Part shown: in pieces, positions 12,929-24,950 of the stretch | Layout: the number at the start of each line of letters is the position of its first letter | How positions within the stretch are numbered: the stretch's first letter is position 1 | NCBI RefSeq assembly: GCF_006345805.1 | Contig: NC_043023.1 | Span: 4,464,001-4,528,000 of the forward strand | Reading direction: 5' to 3' | DNA length: 64,000 nt | Origin: Octopus sinensis | Taxonomy: Eukaryota | The notes under the pieces: model-generated | Databases searched by the model: none | Told to the model about the DNA's origin: nothing | What the model saw: only the letters and a program-made list of their open reading frames with translations | Translations under genes and position numbers: made by a program

Positions 12929-13161
12929 TGTGGGCAATTATGGAGTGAATTTTTGGGCTTATAAATCTAGATGGAAGGGTAAATATGGATCTGAAAATGG
13001 ACATTCAGGAAAGGAAAGAAAGAGGATTTTACGTTTTGAACAAAGCGTTTTTTCAGAAATAGAGGAAAGTCCAAAAGAAGGGAAGACGGAGGAAGAAAAT
13101 AGCCAACGATACACACGTAGTTACATGAATATATATATATATATATATGTATATATGTGTA

Positions 13162-13199
<38 letters not shown>

Positions 13200-13441
13200 A
13201 TATGTATCTCGTACCGGTGGCACGTAAAAGCACCCACTACACTCTGGGAGTGGTTGGCGTTAGGAGGGACATCCAGCTGTAGAAACTCTGCCAGATCAGA
13301 TTGGATCCTGGTGCAGCCATCTGGCTTGCCAGTCCTCAGTCAAATCGTCCAACCCATGCTAGCATGGAAAGTGGACGTTAAACGATGATGATGTATATAT
13401 ATATATATATATCTATATATGTAGGTATAAATATGTATATA

Positions 13442-14732
13442 CAAGGGGCGTTCAATAAGTAATGCCCCTGACCCACTTCCCATAGCAGTAGAGCAACGAA
13501 ACTTGGCACAGTTATTAGTCTTTTTCTACATAGGAACTACCAAGAGTTACGCATTTCTCACATCATTTGATGTGGCTCTGGAGACCGTTTTTGTAGAAGA
13601 ACCCAGCTTGGTCCTCCAACCTCAACGTGACTTCAGAAATCAAGGTTGCATCATCTGGGAAACGCTTTCCTTTCAAAAACCACTTCATGATTGGGAAGAG
13701 GTGAAAATCAGAGGGTGCAAGGTCAGGAAAGTAGGGGGGATGGGGAGGAGTTCATAGCCATACGCCTGTGCTTCTGATCTGGCGACAAGTGAGTTGTGGA
13801 CCGGAGCGTTGTCCTGCAGGAGGAGGATGCCTTTGCTGATCTTGCCCCGCCTCTTGATTTTGATAACTTCTCTTAATTTCCTCAAAAGTGAAGCATAATA
13901 GGCTCCTGTAATTGTGGTACCCTTTGCCAGGAAATCTGTCATCATTACTCCGTCCTGGTCCCAGAAGACTGTGAGCATGACCTTGCCAGCGGAGGGCTGC
14001 ACCCTTGCCTTCTTTGGAGGGGTTGAGTCACAGTGCTTCCACTGCATTGACTGGGCTTTGGTCTCTGGATCATCATGATGGACCCAGGTTTCATCCTGTG
14101 TAATCAGTCTTTTGAAAAATTTTGACTCATCTTCTTGGCACATCTCCAAATTCACCCTCGAGCACTCGACGCGTTCTTGCTTCTGGAAAGGCGTAAGCAA
14201 CCTGGGAATCCATCTGGCAGACACCTTTTGCATATGCAAATGGTCATGAATGATAGTTTCCACAGACCCGGTACTAATCTTGACCTCGTGGGCTATTTGG
14301 CGAATAATTATGCGTTGATCTTCCAAAATGGCAGCCTCAACTTGATGGACAGATGCCTCATCAATGGCAGAAGGGGGCGACCAGATCTGGGAGCTGTTTC
14401 CACAGAGTTCCGACCATGTTTGAATTCATGATGCCAGCGTTTTACAAGGTCATATGATGGGGCATCATCACCATAAGTTACTTTCATTTCATCAAAAGTC
14501 TCCCGTGGGGTGCGTCCTTTCAAATACAAAAACCGGATCACTGCTCGACACTCAACAGGCTCCATTTCACACTTGACTCGGTTCAAACACCTGTAAATCA
14601 GAAACCACAATTAATTCAGAGCTATAATATGCCACTTAATCTATAGAGATATAAATGATTGCACATGCAAAATTTCAGCTAGATCAAACAACTGCAAGTG
14701 GGTCAGAGGCATTACTTATTGAATGTCCCTCG
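13442..14732 (-). mobile_element. Full-length mariner (DD34D, irritans/Himar-like) transposon with a disabled transposase
   Basis: 1291 bp. Imperfect ~37-bp TIRs (caaggggcgttcaataagtaatgcccctgacccactt vs the reverse complement of the right end, cgagggacattcaataagtaatgcctctgacccactt). TA on both sides. Transposase at 14565-13515 has WIPRLL, QDETW, QDNA-x-HPPYFPDLAPSD (34 residues between the Asp), two frameshifts and late stops. Confidence 0.95.
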
Positions 14733-15029
14733 TATATATATATAGGCTGAAAAAATAGCTGACAGGGCCCCTGGAAAGGATTCTTATGTTTACTACATGT
14801 AACTAATATATTATTTTTAAACATCCAAGGGAAATAACCCATTCGCTCTTGAAAGGGATCCTTATATATAGCCGAGTGAAATAACCCATACATGTTCGTA
14901 AATTATTTCGAATAAATCAAATTAAGTATGCTTATTTCTTAGTATTTGAACTATTTGAGTTATTTTCACAATTTATCTAGTACAATGCTTAAACAAGTAA
15001 ATAGTATTTTCGACTTAATGTAGCCAGGT

Positions 15030-15360
15030 TGGCTGCTGCACAATCTTTTGCGCCATGCACAAAAGAGACTCTTGCACAGCTGCTGCATTGCGCATAACCT
15101 CTGACGAGCGCACTACATTTGTATATTTTTTTTCTTTGGAGGCAATTGGTGTCTTTCCTCAGGGAAGTATTTCTCCTTAAGGCCCCTGTAGTTTTGGCTC
15201 AATCTTGGGTGAACAAATCGGCAGTTTGTACTGTCTTCCCCATGCCAACATTTGCCTTGCAGGTAAAATTTGCAGGTAAAATTTGCAGGTCCTCAAGTAC
15301 ACTCCAAATTTCTCCTCCCCTCTTGGGTTTCAGATTCCATTGGAGCCTCCATATTTGAGT
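15030..15360 (-). mobile_element. CCCH zinc-finger coding relic, probably ORF1 of a LINE
   Basis: Minus strand CKFYLQGKCWHGKDSTNCRFVHP (C-x7-C-x8-C-x3-H), disrupted by a 13-bp tandem duplication (tgcaggtaaaatt x2). No splice context. Confidence 0.5.
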
Positions 15361-16034
15361 TTTCTATTTTTTGTTTGGTGGTTTGGGGTTTCAGTTTTAT
15401 TTATTTCATTTTCCTTTTTCTCTCCTTCCTTCTTTATGTTTGTGCTTGTGTTCGGCCCTTTCTTTTCTTGTGGTAGCATTTGTAATGTTTCTCCGAATTA
15501 GTCACATGTATATTATAATAACGAAAGCTGCTTATTATCTATTTACCAAATAAACTATGTTTTTGACTCAACAACTCTTTTTTACAACTAAAATAACCTC
15601 AGCAACTAGGTTGGGTCACACAATATTGAAGTCATTTTCGGACAATATTTTGATTTGCTTCTAATGTATCACTTTCATCCGACATTTTACACATGCGTAG
15701 AATTCTATTCAGACAAATATTTATGAAAATGTACACACAAATATTGTATTAAAATAAGCCACAATAAAAAAAAATTGCATTAAAAGAAAAGCCTAATTTG
15801 TGATTTGAAAAGGATTATATTTCATTTTGTTTTTAATTAATTAGGCTTGAAAACAACTTGTAGAGTTTTTACTGGATATATGTACCAACTTGGAATAAAG
15901 CAACACTTACACTTCTGTCTCAGTGTACTGATATTGAATATATATATATATTTTTTATATATATATTCCTTGCTTTGGTTTGAACCAGTGGACTTGGATG
16001 TTTAACATCCTTTTGAAGGATTTAGGTCCTTCTT

Positions 16035-16084
<50 letters not shown>

Positions 16085-16984
16085 TTGTTTCGGTCATTTG
16101 ACTGTGGCCATGCTGGAGCACTGACTTTAGTCGAGCAAATCGACCCCAGGACTTATTCTTTGTAAGCCTAGTACTTATTCTATCGATCTCTTTTGCCGAA
16201 CCGCTACTTTCCGGGGATGTAAACACACCAGCATCGGTTGTCAAGCGATATTGGGGATACAAACATATACATACACACACACACATACATACATACAGAC
16301 ACACATATATCATTGTCACTAGTTTTACATCCATGGTTGCTTGTGTTGGATGGAGTTTATTGAGGCAGATTTTCTGTCACCAATCCACACACGTTTCCAA
16401 GCAAGCTAATATTTTGCTAAAGCCAGACATATTTCTCACAGGATATGAGAAATGAATGACACTGCTTGCAACCATCACACAATTTGAAGACAATGAAATA
16501 CAGACACACATACACACACAGACAGACAGACACACACACACACACAGACAGACACACACACACATGTGCATAATCATTATTCATATTCAATTTGGCATAA
16601 ATACATACATATATGTTTTCTTTTGTTTTTTTACTTGTTTCAGTTATTAGGCTGTGGCTATGCTGGAGCCAACCTCTGTAATTATTATTTTTTAAGTTCA
16701 GTACTTATTCCATTGCTCTTTTTTTTTTTTTGCTGAACTGTTAACGTATGGGAACATAAACTCACCAACACCAGTTATCAAGTGGTGGTGGGAGACAAAC
16801 ACATATACACACGATGGGCTTCTTTTAGTTTCCATCTACCAAATCCACTCAGTGGGACTGAACCTGGAACCATATTGTTGGGAAGCAAGCTTCTTGCAAC
16901 ACAACCATGCCTGTACCTAATTTCATATATATTATTAATTTCAAATTTCAGCAATTTTGATCAACTGGTGTTTATTTTAATAAT

Positions 16985-17290
16985 TCCAAAAGAATGAAAG
17001 CCAAAACTGACATCAGTGGAATTTGAACTCAGAACGTAAAGATGAGTAACATGTCACTAAACTTTTTGCCTGGCATACCAATGATTCTGTCAGCTTGCCA
17101 CCCTGATGATTTCAAATTTTGTCACAAGGTCAGCAATTCCAGAGGAAGGGAAAGTTAATTAGATTGACCCCAGTGCTCAACTGGTAATTAGTTCATTGGC
17201 CCCGAAAGGATGTCAGGCAAAGTCAGCCTTGGCGGAATCTGAACTTAGAATGTAACAATGGATGGAATGCCAATGATTCTCCCACCTTGC
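16985..17290 (-). mobile_element. Two adjacent SINE fragments carrying a Meta-domain-like core
   Basis: Minus strand gctgactttgcctgacatcctttcggggccaatgaactaattaccagttgagcactggggtcaat. Related pieces at ~1620-1740, 5200-5290 and 23205-23310. Confidence 0.55.
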
Positions 17291-17298
17291 CTTATATA

Positions 17299-17509
17299 CA
17301 AGGGGGTGCAGAAAAGTTTCTGGTTTTAAGGGTATTGCAAAAGGCCTGGTTGAAGGCTCAACCTCCTGAGTTCTTTGACAGAGCTTAGAAACTGAAGGAC
17401 TGCTGCAATAAGTGTGTGACTCTGAGAGGGCAACATGTTGAATAAAATCATAATTAACTGATTTTCCTGTATTTTCTTTTACTCAAAACCAGGAACTTTC
17501 CAGCACCAC

Positions 17510-17513
<4 letters not shown>
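17299..17513. mobile_element. Non-autonomous mariner MITE, copy 1
   Basis: TA-flanked. TIRs aagggggtgcagaaaagtttctgg / ccaggaactttccagcaccacct. The interior retains the transposase C-terminus. Confidence 0.7.
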
Positions 17514-17569
<56 letters not shown>

Positions 17570-18130
17570 AAAATAGTTTGATTTGGTCACATGATTCATA
17601 GGTTTGTCACATGAATCTAGCCTATACAAGACAGGCGTCTTTCAGACTTTCATCATCATTCAACATTCATTTTCCATGCTGGCATGGGTTGGACAGTTTG
17701 ACGAGATGGTAAGCTGCATCAGGTTCCTGTTTGTTTTGGCCTGGTTTCTACAGCTCGATATCCTTCCTAATGCCATCCATTCCATAGAGTGCACTGGATG
17801 TCTTTTATATGTCGTAGGCACTAGTCATGATTGCAATTTCACTTAGCTTGATGTGTCATCTCAAGCACAGCAAATTACTCGAAGTCTCAGTCACTTGTCA
17901 TTGCCTCCGAGAGACTCAACATCTGAAAATCGCATTTTACCACCTCATCCCACATCTTCCTTGGTCTACTACTTCCTCAGGTTCCCTGCTAATTCATTTG
18001 CTCTTTTAAATTAGTGAAAATGGAATATCTTTGCTGTAACATTAAATCTATTCATTCTGCAGTTATTTTCAACCTGGGGATTAAATAATTATAACAAATG
18101 TACATTGCCTCTCTTTGTATTTCTCTTCAG

Positions 18131-18219
18131 GTGCAGACTTCAAAACTGTACAGAAAGATGTTGGTGATTTCATCAAGGATCGTATACTGGTGGGCCATGC
18201 GTTACACAATGACTTCAAG
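18131..18219 (+). CDS. REXO4: REXO4 coding exon, ExoII motif
   Basis: ttctcttcag acceptor and AAG|GTGAGT donor. Encodes (G)ADFKTVQKDVGDFIKDRILVGHALHNDFK. Phase 1 matches the preceding exon across a 10.4-kb intron. Confidence 0.96.
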
Positions 18220-18469
18220 GTGAGTTTGAGTCTCCAATATAGGGGCTCACTAGAAACCCACATTAACTTCTATTGGCACAGGGCATATCAGTTTACAATA
18301 AGATAATTTCAGGTTCAATTCCACTGCATAATACCATGAACATATATCTTCCAGTGTGTGTGTATACCCCTCTCCCACATATATCTTTTAGATAAACATT
18401 TTCCAATAAATCATAAATACAGGAAAATTTTTAACAGATGCTCAATATAAAATATACAGCTGTTTCCCC

Positions 18470-19200
18470 AATATGAAGGACATTATAACTTGTAAAAATC
18501 ACCAAGAGACCACTCCCGGTTGTAACTGTCGAGACCCTGAAGTTTGCCCACTTGACCATGTGTGTATAATAAACTCTGTCATATACGAGGCTGAAGTTAC
18601 AGCTATACTTCAAGTTAAATCATTTGAAAACATTGATTTATATGAGGGCAAATTCAACCACCTATTTTTCTGGGACATCAATAAAAGTAATGCAACTAAG
18701 TTGGCTAGCCACGTATGAAATTTGAAGAGCAACTCAACGCCACATACAATTAAGTGGAGAATCGTGGAGAAATGCAACTTATGCGTAGAAGAAAGATTTC
18801 ATATTCTTTTTAGATTCAGCAATTCCAACATACTGCTTAATTCCAGATCTGAAATTTTTAGCAGGTCTAGACACATGGACAGGTTTCTTTTATCATATTG
18901 GAGGGCACCACCTGCTCTGGATTTTGACATGTTTTTTGTTATTTTGTTCCATAACAGTTGTATTTAATGAGCTTTCAGGGAAGATGAGGATATTAGTTTT
19001 CTTGATTTTGCTTCTTTTTTCTTATTCCATTTTTTGCATCAACCTTCTTTATTTTTTTCTTATTTTATTCCTTTTTTACTAAAAATGCATAAATAGAGCA
19101 TGAAAGATTGCTTTAAGATACATGTTGTATTTCATACATGCCTGTTTAAATATTATAATAATATGAAACTATTAGTAGCTCTTTTGGTTGTGCATTAAAT
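18470..19200 (+). mobile_element. Penelope-like element relic (GIY-YIG region and 3' LTR remnant)
   Basis: CNCRDPEVCPLDHVCIINSVIYEAEV, NATKLASHV, IKWRIVEK, CNLCVEERFHIL, LLNSRSEIFSRSRH. Confidence 0.8.
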
Positions 19201-19262
19201 TGATATATATATATATACACACAAACACACACACAAATGTATATACATGTGTATATATATAT

Positions 19263-20390
19263 ATCAAATTGGTGCAAAAGTAATATCTGATTTCTAGAAA
19301 AAATGTTTCAGAGCAAATTTATCAATTTTTGAACCTCTTATAGTTTTAAGATATCTCTTGTGTCTAATTTGTACTATTTTCTTTCTTCTGGCCATAATTC
19401 TCAGAAAATTTTACCACCATGTTTGTCCCATCTAAAGGTCACATAAGAAATGTTTACTCTACAAGTTTCATAAAGGTGTTAATGCAAGTGTGGCAGCAAG
19501 ATCTGTTCAGAGCACTTAAGGGGATGATTTAGTGAATGAAAGAAGTTGCAGGAGGTGGTTTTCCTGTTTCCGAAGTGGTGATTTCACTTTGAAAGAAGAA
19601 CCAAAAGAGGGTCGTTCGACAAAAACTTGATTCCGAAATGTTGGAAGCTCTTGTTTCAGAGAACCCTACCGTCACCACTAGAGAACTTGCAGAACAATTA
19701 AACATGGCCCGTGCAACTGTGGTATGCCAGCTAAAACACATTGGAAAGGTTTCAGTGGCTGGAAAATGGGTCCTTCATGAGCTGTCTCCAGAGAATCGAC
19801 AACAGTTTGCTACGTGCTTTCACGACACTTTCAAGCAACATTTTTAGACAGGTTCGTTACAGGTGATGAGAAGTGGATTCTTCACCATAATGTTAAACAC
19901 CGCCATTCTCAGATTAGTTGAGGAGGATGGCCAGTTCTACAACTGAGAGCAGGACTTCATCTAAAGAAGATCATGTTGAGTATATGGTGGGATATTAAAG
20001 GAGTAATCCATTATGAACTGTTGGACAACAACCAAGCAATTTATGTTCATCTTTACTGTGAACAGTTTCGTTGTTTGAAAGCAGTTCTGAGCCAAAGGTG
20101 AGCATCCTTGGTTAAAAGGATAATGCTCGTCCTCACACAGCTTGACTGACCAAAACTCTCTTGGAAGAACTTGGTTGGGAAATACTGCCTCATTCTTCAT
20201 ATTTTCCTGACCTTGCGTCTTCTGATTACCATTTGTTCCGAGGACTACAGAACCATTTTGATGGATTTAGGTTAACCACAAGAGAAGACGATGAAAATGA
20301 GTTGGATTCATAGATTTTGGTTCTAAATCTGCAGAATTTTACAAGTGAGGCATTTATAAGGTTGTTGAAATGGGGGTCAATGAAAGCTTT
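19263..20390 (+). mobile_element. Older mariner relic (Hsmar1/cecropia-like end)
   Basis: Left end tcaaattggtgcaaaagtaat. Broken transposase includes KWVLHELS, VTGDEKWI, KIMLSIWWDIKGVIHYELL, DNARPH and YFPDLASSDYHLFRGLQNH. Right TIR not found. Confidence 0.8.
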
Positions 20391-20404
20391 GGGGAGTATG
20401 TTAA

Positions 20405-20587
20405 CCCTTTTGTTACTAACCTGGCTCTGGCGTGAAATGTCTTGTTTACATAAGTTTTGAATTAAAATCTTCTACCAAATCTTTGTCACAATTTACATTC
20501 CTAACACTAGCTTAATGGTAACTAAGTTATTTTACTAAATTCTTTGTTATATTTGAAATAATTGAAAGAAATACAGTAACGAAAGGG
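20405..20587. mobile_element. piggyBac-type MITE
   Basis: TTAA at 20401-20404 and 20588-20591; TIRs cccttttgttac / gtaacgaaaggg (11/12 match). Confidence 0.75.
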
Positions 20588-21501
20588 TTAATGAATAAAT
20601 ATTTCCGTAGTCATTGGCTTATTCATTTTTAACTTATATCTATCAGGTTGGTGCAAAAGTAATGACCGATTTGAAGATCTGAGATAGACATCTTTTCTTT
20701 TTTGCATGTAATTGTTTATTTTTAGAATGACATTGTAGGATAAGTGTGAGAAATTGGATGTAAAATAGGCAGAATATTTGAGCTGGATATAGCTGGCTTA
20801 AATATTAAAGGGTTAAAAACATTATGCTTTACACTTGTGATTAATGATTTAGCACCATTTGAACGTGATCGTTGTCAGTGCCGGTGGCATGTAAAAAGCA
20901 CCATTCGAGTGTGGTCAATGCCAGTGTCGGCTGACTGGTCCCGTACCAGTGGCATGTAAAAAGCACCGTTCAAGTGTGGCCATTGCTAGTGGCACATAAA
21001 AAGTACTATTCAAGTGTGGTCGAAATGTCTTGTTTACATAAGTTTTGAATTGCACGTAAAATGCACCCACTACACTCTCGGAGTGGTTGGCATTAGGAAG
21101 GGCATCAAGCTGTAGAAACTTTGCCAGATTGGATTGGAGCCTGGTGTGGCCTTCTGGCTTGCCAGCTCTCAATCAAACCATTCAACCCATGCCAGCATGG
21201 AAAGCAGACGTTAAATGATGATCAAATTGGCCAGATCCAGCCTCTCAGACCATCGTTAAAGTCTCACAGCTAGAAGATAATGCATGATTAATTCCAACCA
21301 ATATGGATAAACAAGCATTACATTTGACAGTAATCTGAATACTAAAGTGTTAATCTATCTCCTACTACTACCGTGGGCAATTTGGGTGATACAGATAAGT
21401 GTTTATTGCAATCAGTATCTCAAGCTAATTAGCGTCTGATTTCTCAACAAGATCTGTCCTGTCCCGCATTCATAGTCTTCTTTTTCTCATGTTTATTCCA
21501 G

Positions 21502-21651
21502 GTGTTGTACATGGATCACCCAAAGCAGTTGATTCGAGATACAACTAAATACAAACCTTTCCGCAAACTCAATCGCAGTCACACTCCATCACTGAAGATG
21601 TTGGCAAAGGAGGTTCTTGGAATCACAATCCAGCAGGGATCTCATAATTCT
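21502..21651 (+). CDS. REXO4: REXO4 coding exon
   Basis: ttccag acceptor and TCT|GTAAGG donor, 150 nt, phase 0/0. Encodes VLYMDHPKQLIRDTTKYKPFRKLNRSHTPSLKMLAKEVLGITIQQGSHNS. Confidence 0.95.
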
Positions 21652-22523
21652 GTAAGGATTTTAAGAAACAATTCTGTTTATGAATGAGAGAAAGAGAGAG
21701 GGCAAAAGAGTTTTTTGCTTCACTCCAGGTAGTGTAAAGGCATGTAGCTTGGAGGTTAGGGTATTCAGCCCTTGATCATAAGGTTGTGAGTTTAATTCCC
21801 AACAGTATGTTGTGTTCTTGAGCAAGACACTTTATCTTTTCTGTTGCTCTAGTCAACTCAGCTGGCAAATCTTGTTCAGTTTTGTCACATCTTGTGTCAT
21901 GCTGAATTTCCTTGAGAACTATGTTAAGAGTATGTATGTCTGTGGAGTACTCAACCACTTGTATGTTAAGTTCACGAAGCAGGTTGATCAGATGAGCTGG
22001 AACATTGTCCATCTAGGACTCAGTTATTTAATGTATAGTCTCACTCCAGCGTACTTACGATCAGACTTGTGACCATCCCATGTTTTATTCTGACATAGTG
22101 TATCTAGGACTACATTATATTAGTGACTATAGGTGAGCCCTGATCATAAGGTTGACCTATGAGCAAAGATATTCCAGCTGTGACCATTCTAGCTTTTATT
22201 CATAATGTATCTAGGATTACGTTACCTAATGTATAGTATAGTTGTTTCATTCCAGGTTAATCTCTGATCCAGCAAGCCTATGATCAAAGATGTTCCATGT
22301 GTGGCCATCCCATCTTTTATTCAAGCATAGTGTATCTAGGAATACATTATCTAATGTATAATTTAGTAGTTAGTATTAGTGGCTATAGTTGTTGTTTAGT
22401 CTCAGTTCTGTGCCCGGATAAGGCAACAACCAACCACTTTCTTATGATGAGTGGTGTTCCAAACATGACCACCACATCAACCAGCTGATATATTTTTGCA
22501 TATGTTTCTCCTCTCATTTGCAG

Positions 22524-22682
22524 GTGATTGATGCACAGGTTGCAATGAAACTTTACATAAAACATAGAAAGGAATGGGAATCGAGATTGAAACACAAAAA
22601 GCTGAAACTGAAACAGAAGAGGAAAGAAATGAAAGAAACCAAGAAGAAGAAGAAGAAGAACAAAAAAGAAGTGCAGAAATGA
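22524..22682 (+). CDS. REXO4: REXO4 terminal coding exon (ExoIII Asp plus Lys-rich tail)
   Basis: tttgcag acceptor. Encodes VIDAQVAMKLYIKHRKEWESRLKHKKLKLKQKRKEMKETKKKKKKNKKEVQK, stop TGA at 22680-22682. An AATAAA lies in the (AAT)n immediately after. Confidence 0.94.
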   Translation: MIDAQVAMKLYIKHRKEWESRLKHKKLKLKQKRKEMKETKKKKKKNKKEVQK

Positions 22683-22889
22683 ATAATAATAATAATAATA
22701 AAGTGAAAGTGTGATTTGTTAGCTCTGAATTGTTTGTTTGTTGTCTTTGTGTGTTGCATACAAGCACACAGCAGCTGCCATTATATAAGGTTAGCAGCTG
22801 GAAAGATAAAGATTCGAATTGGCTATTTGTTGCTTTTGCTTTTTTTTCTTTGGCATTAAATGTGTGTTTGGAGCAGTTTGCAAACACAC

Positions 22890-23150
22890 AGCAGCAGTAA
22901 CTCCTGCTGTTACTTGATGGGGCTGGGGTCATCCCAAGGGGTGACATCGTGCATAGAGCCGACCAGAGCCTCCAGTGCTCTCCATCACTGCTGGTCCTGT
23001 GCAAGCCTCTCTACATCCTCCAAAATGCCTTTGAGCCTCTGGAGATCTTCCTTAATCATGTCCAGCCATTTGGTGTGGGGCCTTCCACAAGGTCGCTTCC
23101 AGCCCACACACAGTCATTGTCTTGTATAATGTCTACTTTGTGTTCTGAGT
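22890..23150 (-). mobile_element. 3' end of a second RTE family, antisense and just downstream of the REXO4 stop
   Basis: Minus strand encodes CGRPHTKWLDMIKEDLQRLKGILEDVERLAQDQQ*WRAL. Confidence 0.65.
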
Positions 23151-23319
23151 AGAAATTCTGGCAAGGATTTTATTCAACATACCAAAGACTCTGCCAGTTC
23201 ACTGCCTTAATAATCCTTTCTATTTATAGGCACAAGGCCAGGAATTTGTGGAGAGGTGAAAAGTGATCACATTAACCCCCAGTACTTAACTGGTGCTTAA
23301 TTCATCGATGCTGACAGTC

Positions 23320-24460
23320 GATCATGGAATGATATGTCACAAACTGAGTGATCTCAGCATAGTTGGAAAATTGAGAGAGTGGCTTCATGACTTCCTGAAG
23401 GGTAGAAGTCAGGTGGTAGTAGCCAATGGGGTCACCTCCAATGACACAAATAGTGAGTGGTGTTCCACAAAGCACTGGTTTGCCACCACTACTGCTCATA
23501 ATGGCCCGCTCAGACATGCCCTCAGCCACACAGTCACGATCACAGGTGATACAGAAGTCTCACAGGTAATACAGAACCCTGAAGACACTATGCACCTGCA
23601 ATGTGAGCTGGGTGAAATATACAGGTAGGCTGAAAAGAATAGCATGCAGTTTAATGCTGAAAAGTTTCAAGCTATCAGCATGCAAAACTAAATGCAATAC
23701 CCATTAAATACACTGGACCTGTAGGGATTGCAATCCCAGAGGCACAATCAGTGTGAGATCTGGGCATTTAAATGAGTACTGATGCATCCTTTCATGTGCA
23801 TGTTGCTAAATTGGCAATGAAATGCAGGCAGCTGACCGGATGGATTCTTAGAACTTTTAGAACAGGAAATCAGGAAACCATGATGGCCCTCTGGAGGACA
23901 CTTGTCCTAAGCCACTTTGACTCTTGCTCTCAGCTATGGTCACCAACCAGTGTCAAATTAATCTCAGAACTTGAGGCAATCCAACGAAGTTACACAAAGA
24001 AGATAGCCTCTATGCAGCATATAAGCTACTGGGAAAGACTCAAGAGATTAAGATTCTATTCCTTAGAGCATAGGTGAGAAAGATATGCCATAATATACAT
24101 CTGGAAGGACTTGTCCTAAATTTGGCATTGAGAGTTACACAAATACTAGAACTGGGTACCACTGCACAGTGCCAAGGACTCCAAATCTGCCATTAAGACA
24201 TAGCACAAGATACTGCAACAGCCTTGGCTTCAGAGGTTCACAGCTCTTCAATATCCTCCTGAAGGACCTGAGAGACCTGCATGGGGTGGATGTAGGTGTC
24301 TTCAAAATAAAGCTGAACCTCTTCGCGGCAGGAGGTGCAGATGTGGCTTCAAACTCTCTCAAGCACCAAATGTCAAGTCCTAAAAAGTGAAGTAAAATTA
24401 TGTAGCAACACCAAATGGCAGTGCCTCAGCATGGCCACAGCTCGTGAGCTGAAACTAGAT
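23320..24460 (+). mobile_element. CR1/L2-group LINE, 5'-truncated relic with its 3' tail
   Basis: DHGMICHKL...WLHDFLKGRSQVV, MQFNAEKFQ, GWILRTFRT...LVLSHFDSCSQLWSP...ELEAIQRSYTKKI...SYWERLKRLRFYSLE, GSQLFNILLKDLRDL. The tail ends ggcagtgcctcagcatggccacagctcgtgagctgaaac. Confidence 0.85.
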
Positions 24461-24486
24461 ATAAAAAATATAAATATATATGTATA

Positions 24487-24950
24487 GTGGCTGTGTGGTA
24501 AGTAGCTTGCTTACCAACCTCATGGTTCCAGGTTCAGTCCCACTGCGTGGCACCTTGGGCAAGTGTCTTCTACTATAGCCTCGGGCTGACCAAAGCCTTG
24601 TGAGTGGATTTGGTAGACAGGAACTGAAAGAAGCTCGTCGTGTATATATACTGTCTCTAAAACTACTTTTATATATATGAATAAAATATTGAGAGAAGTT
24701 CACTTTAGTACCTTTAATTTGAATGTCTCATTCCTGTGGATTCGGAATTAATCTTCCCTAATAATTATTATACATATATATATATATACATACATGTATA
24801 TATGTGTGTGTGTGTGTATGTTTGTTCCCCCAATATTGCTTGAGAACCAATACTGGTGTGTTTGCATCCCCGTAACTTAGTACTTATTCTATTGGGCTCT
24901 TTTGCCAAACTGCTAAGGTCAATTTGCTCAACTCTTTCAATGTTGATTGA
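24487..24950 (+). mobile_element. tRNA-derived SINE family A, rearranged
   Basis: Head at 24487-24640; a foreign 124-bp insert lies in the (TA)n; part of the tail is inverted. Confidence 0.75.

Noticed and set aside
19095-19185. Possible third hammerhead in the LTR remnant of the 18470 Penelope relic (catgaaagattgc...atgaaactatt)
   Set aside because: Core and stems are too degenerate to pair.
20641-20675. Second mariner-type end tatcaggttggtgcaaaagtaat, considered as the right TIR of the 19263 element
   Set aside because: It is in the same orientation as the left end, so it is a separate short fragment.
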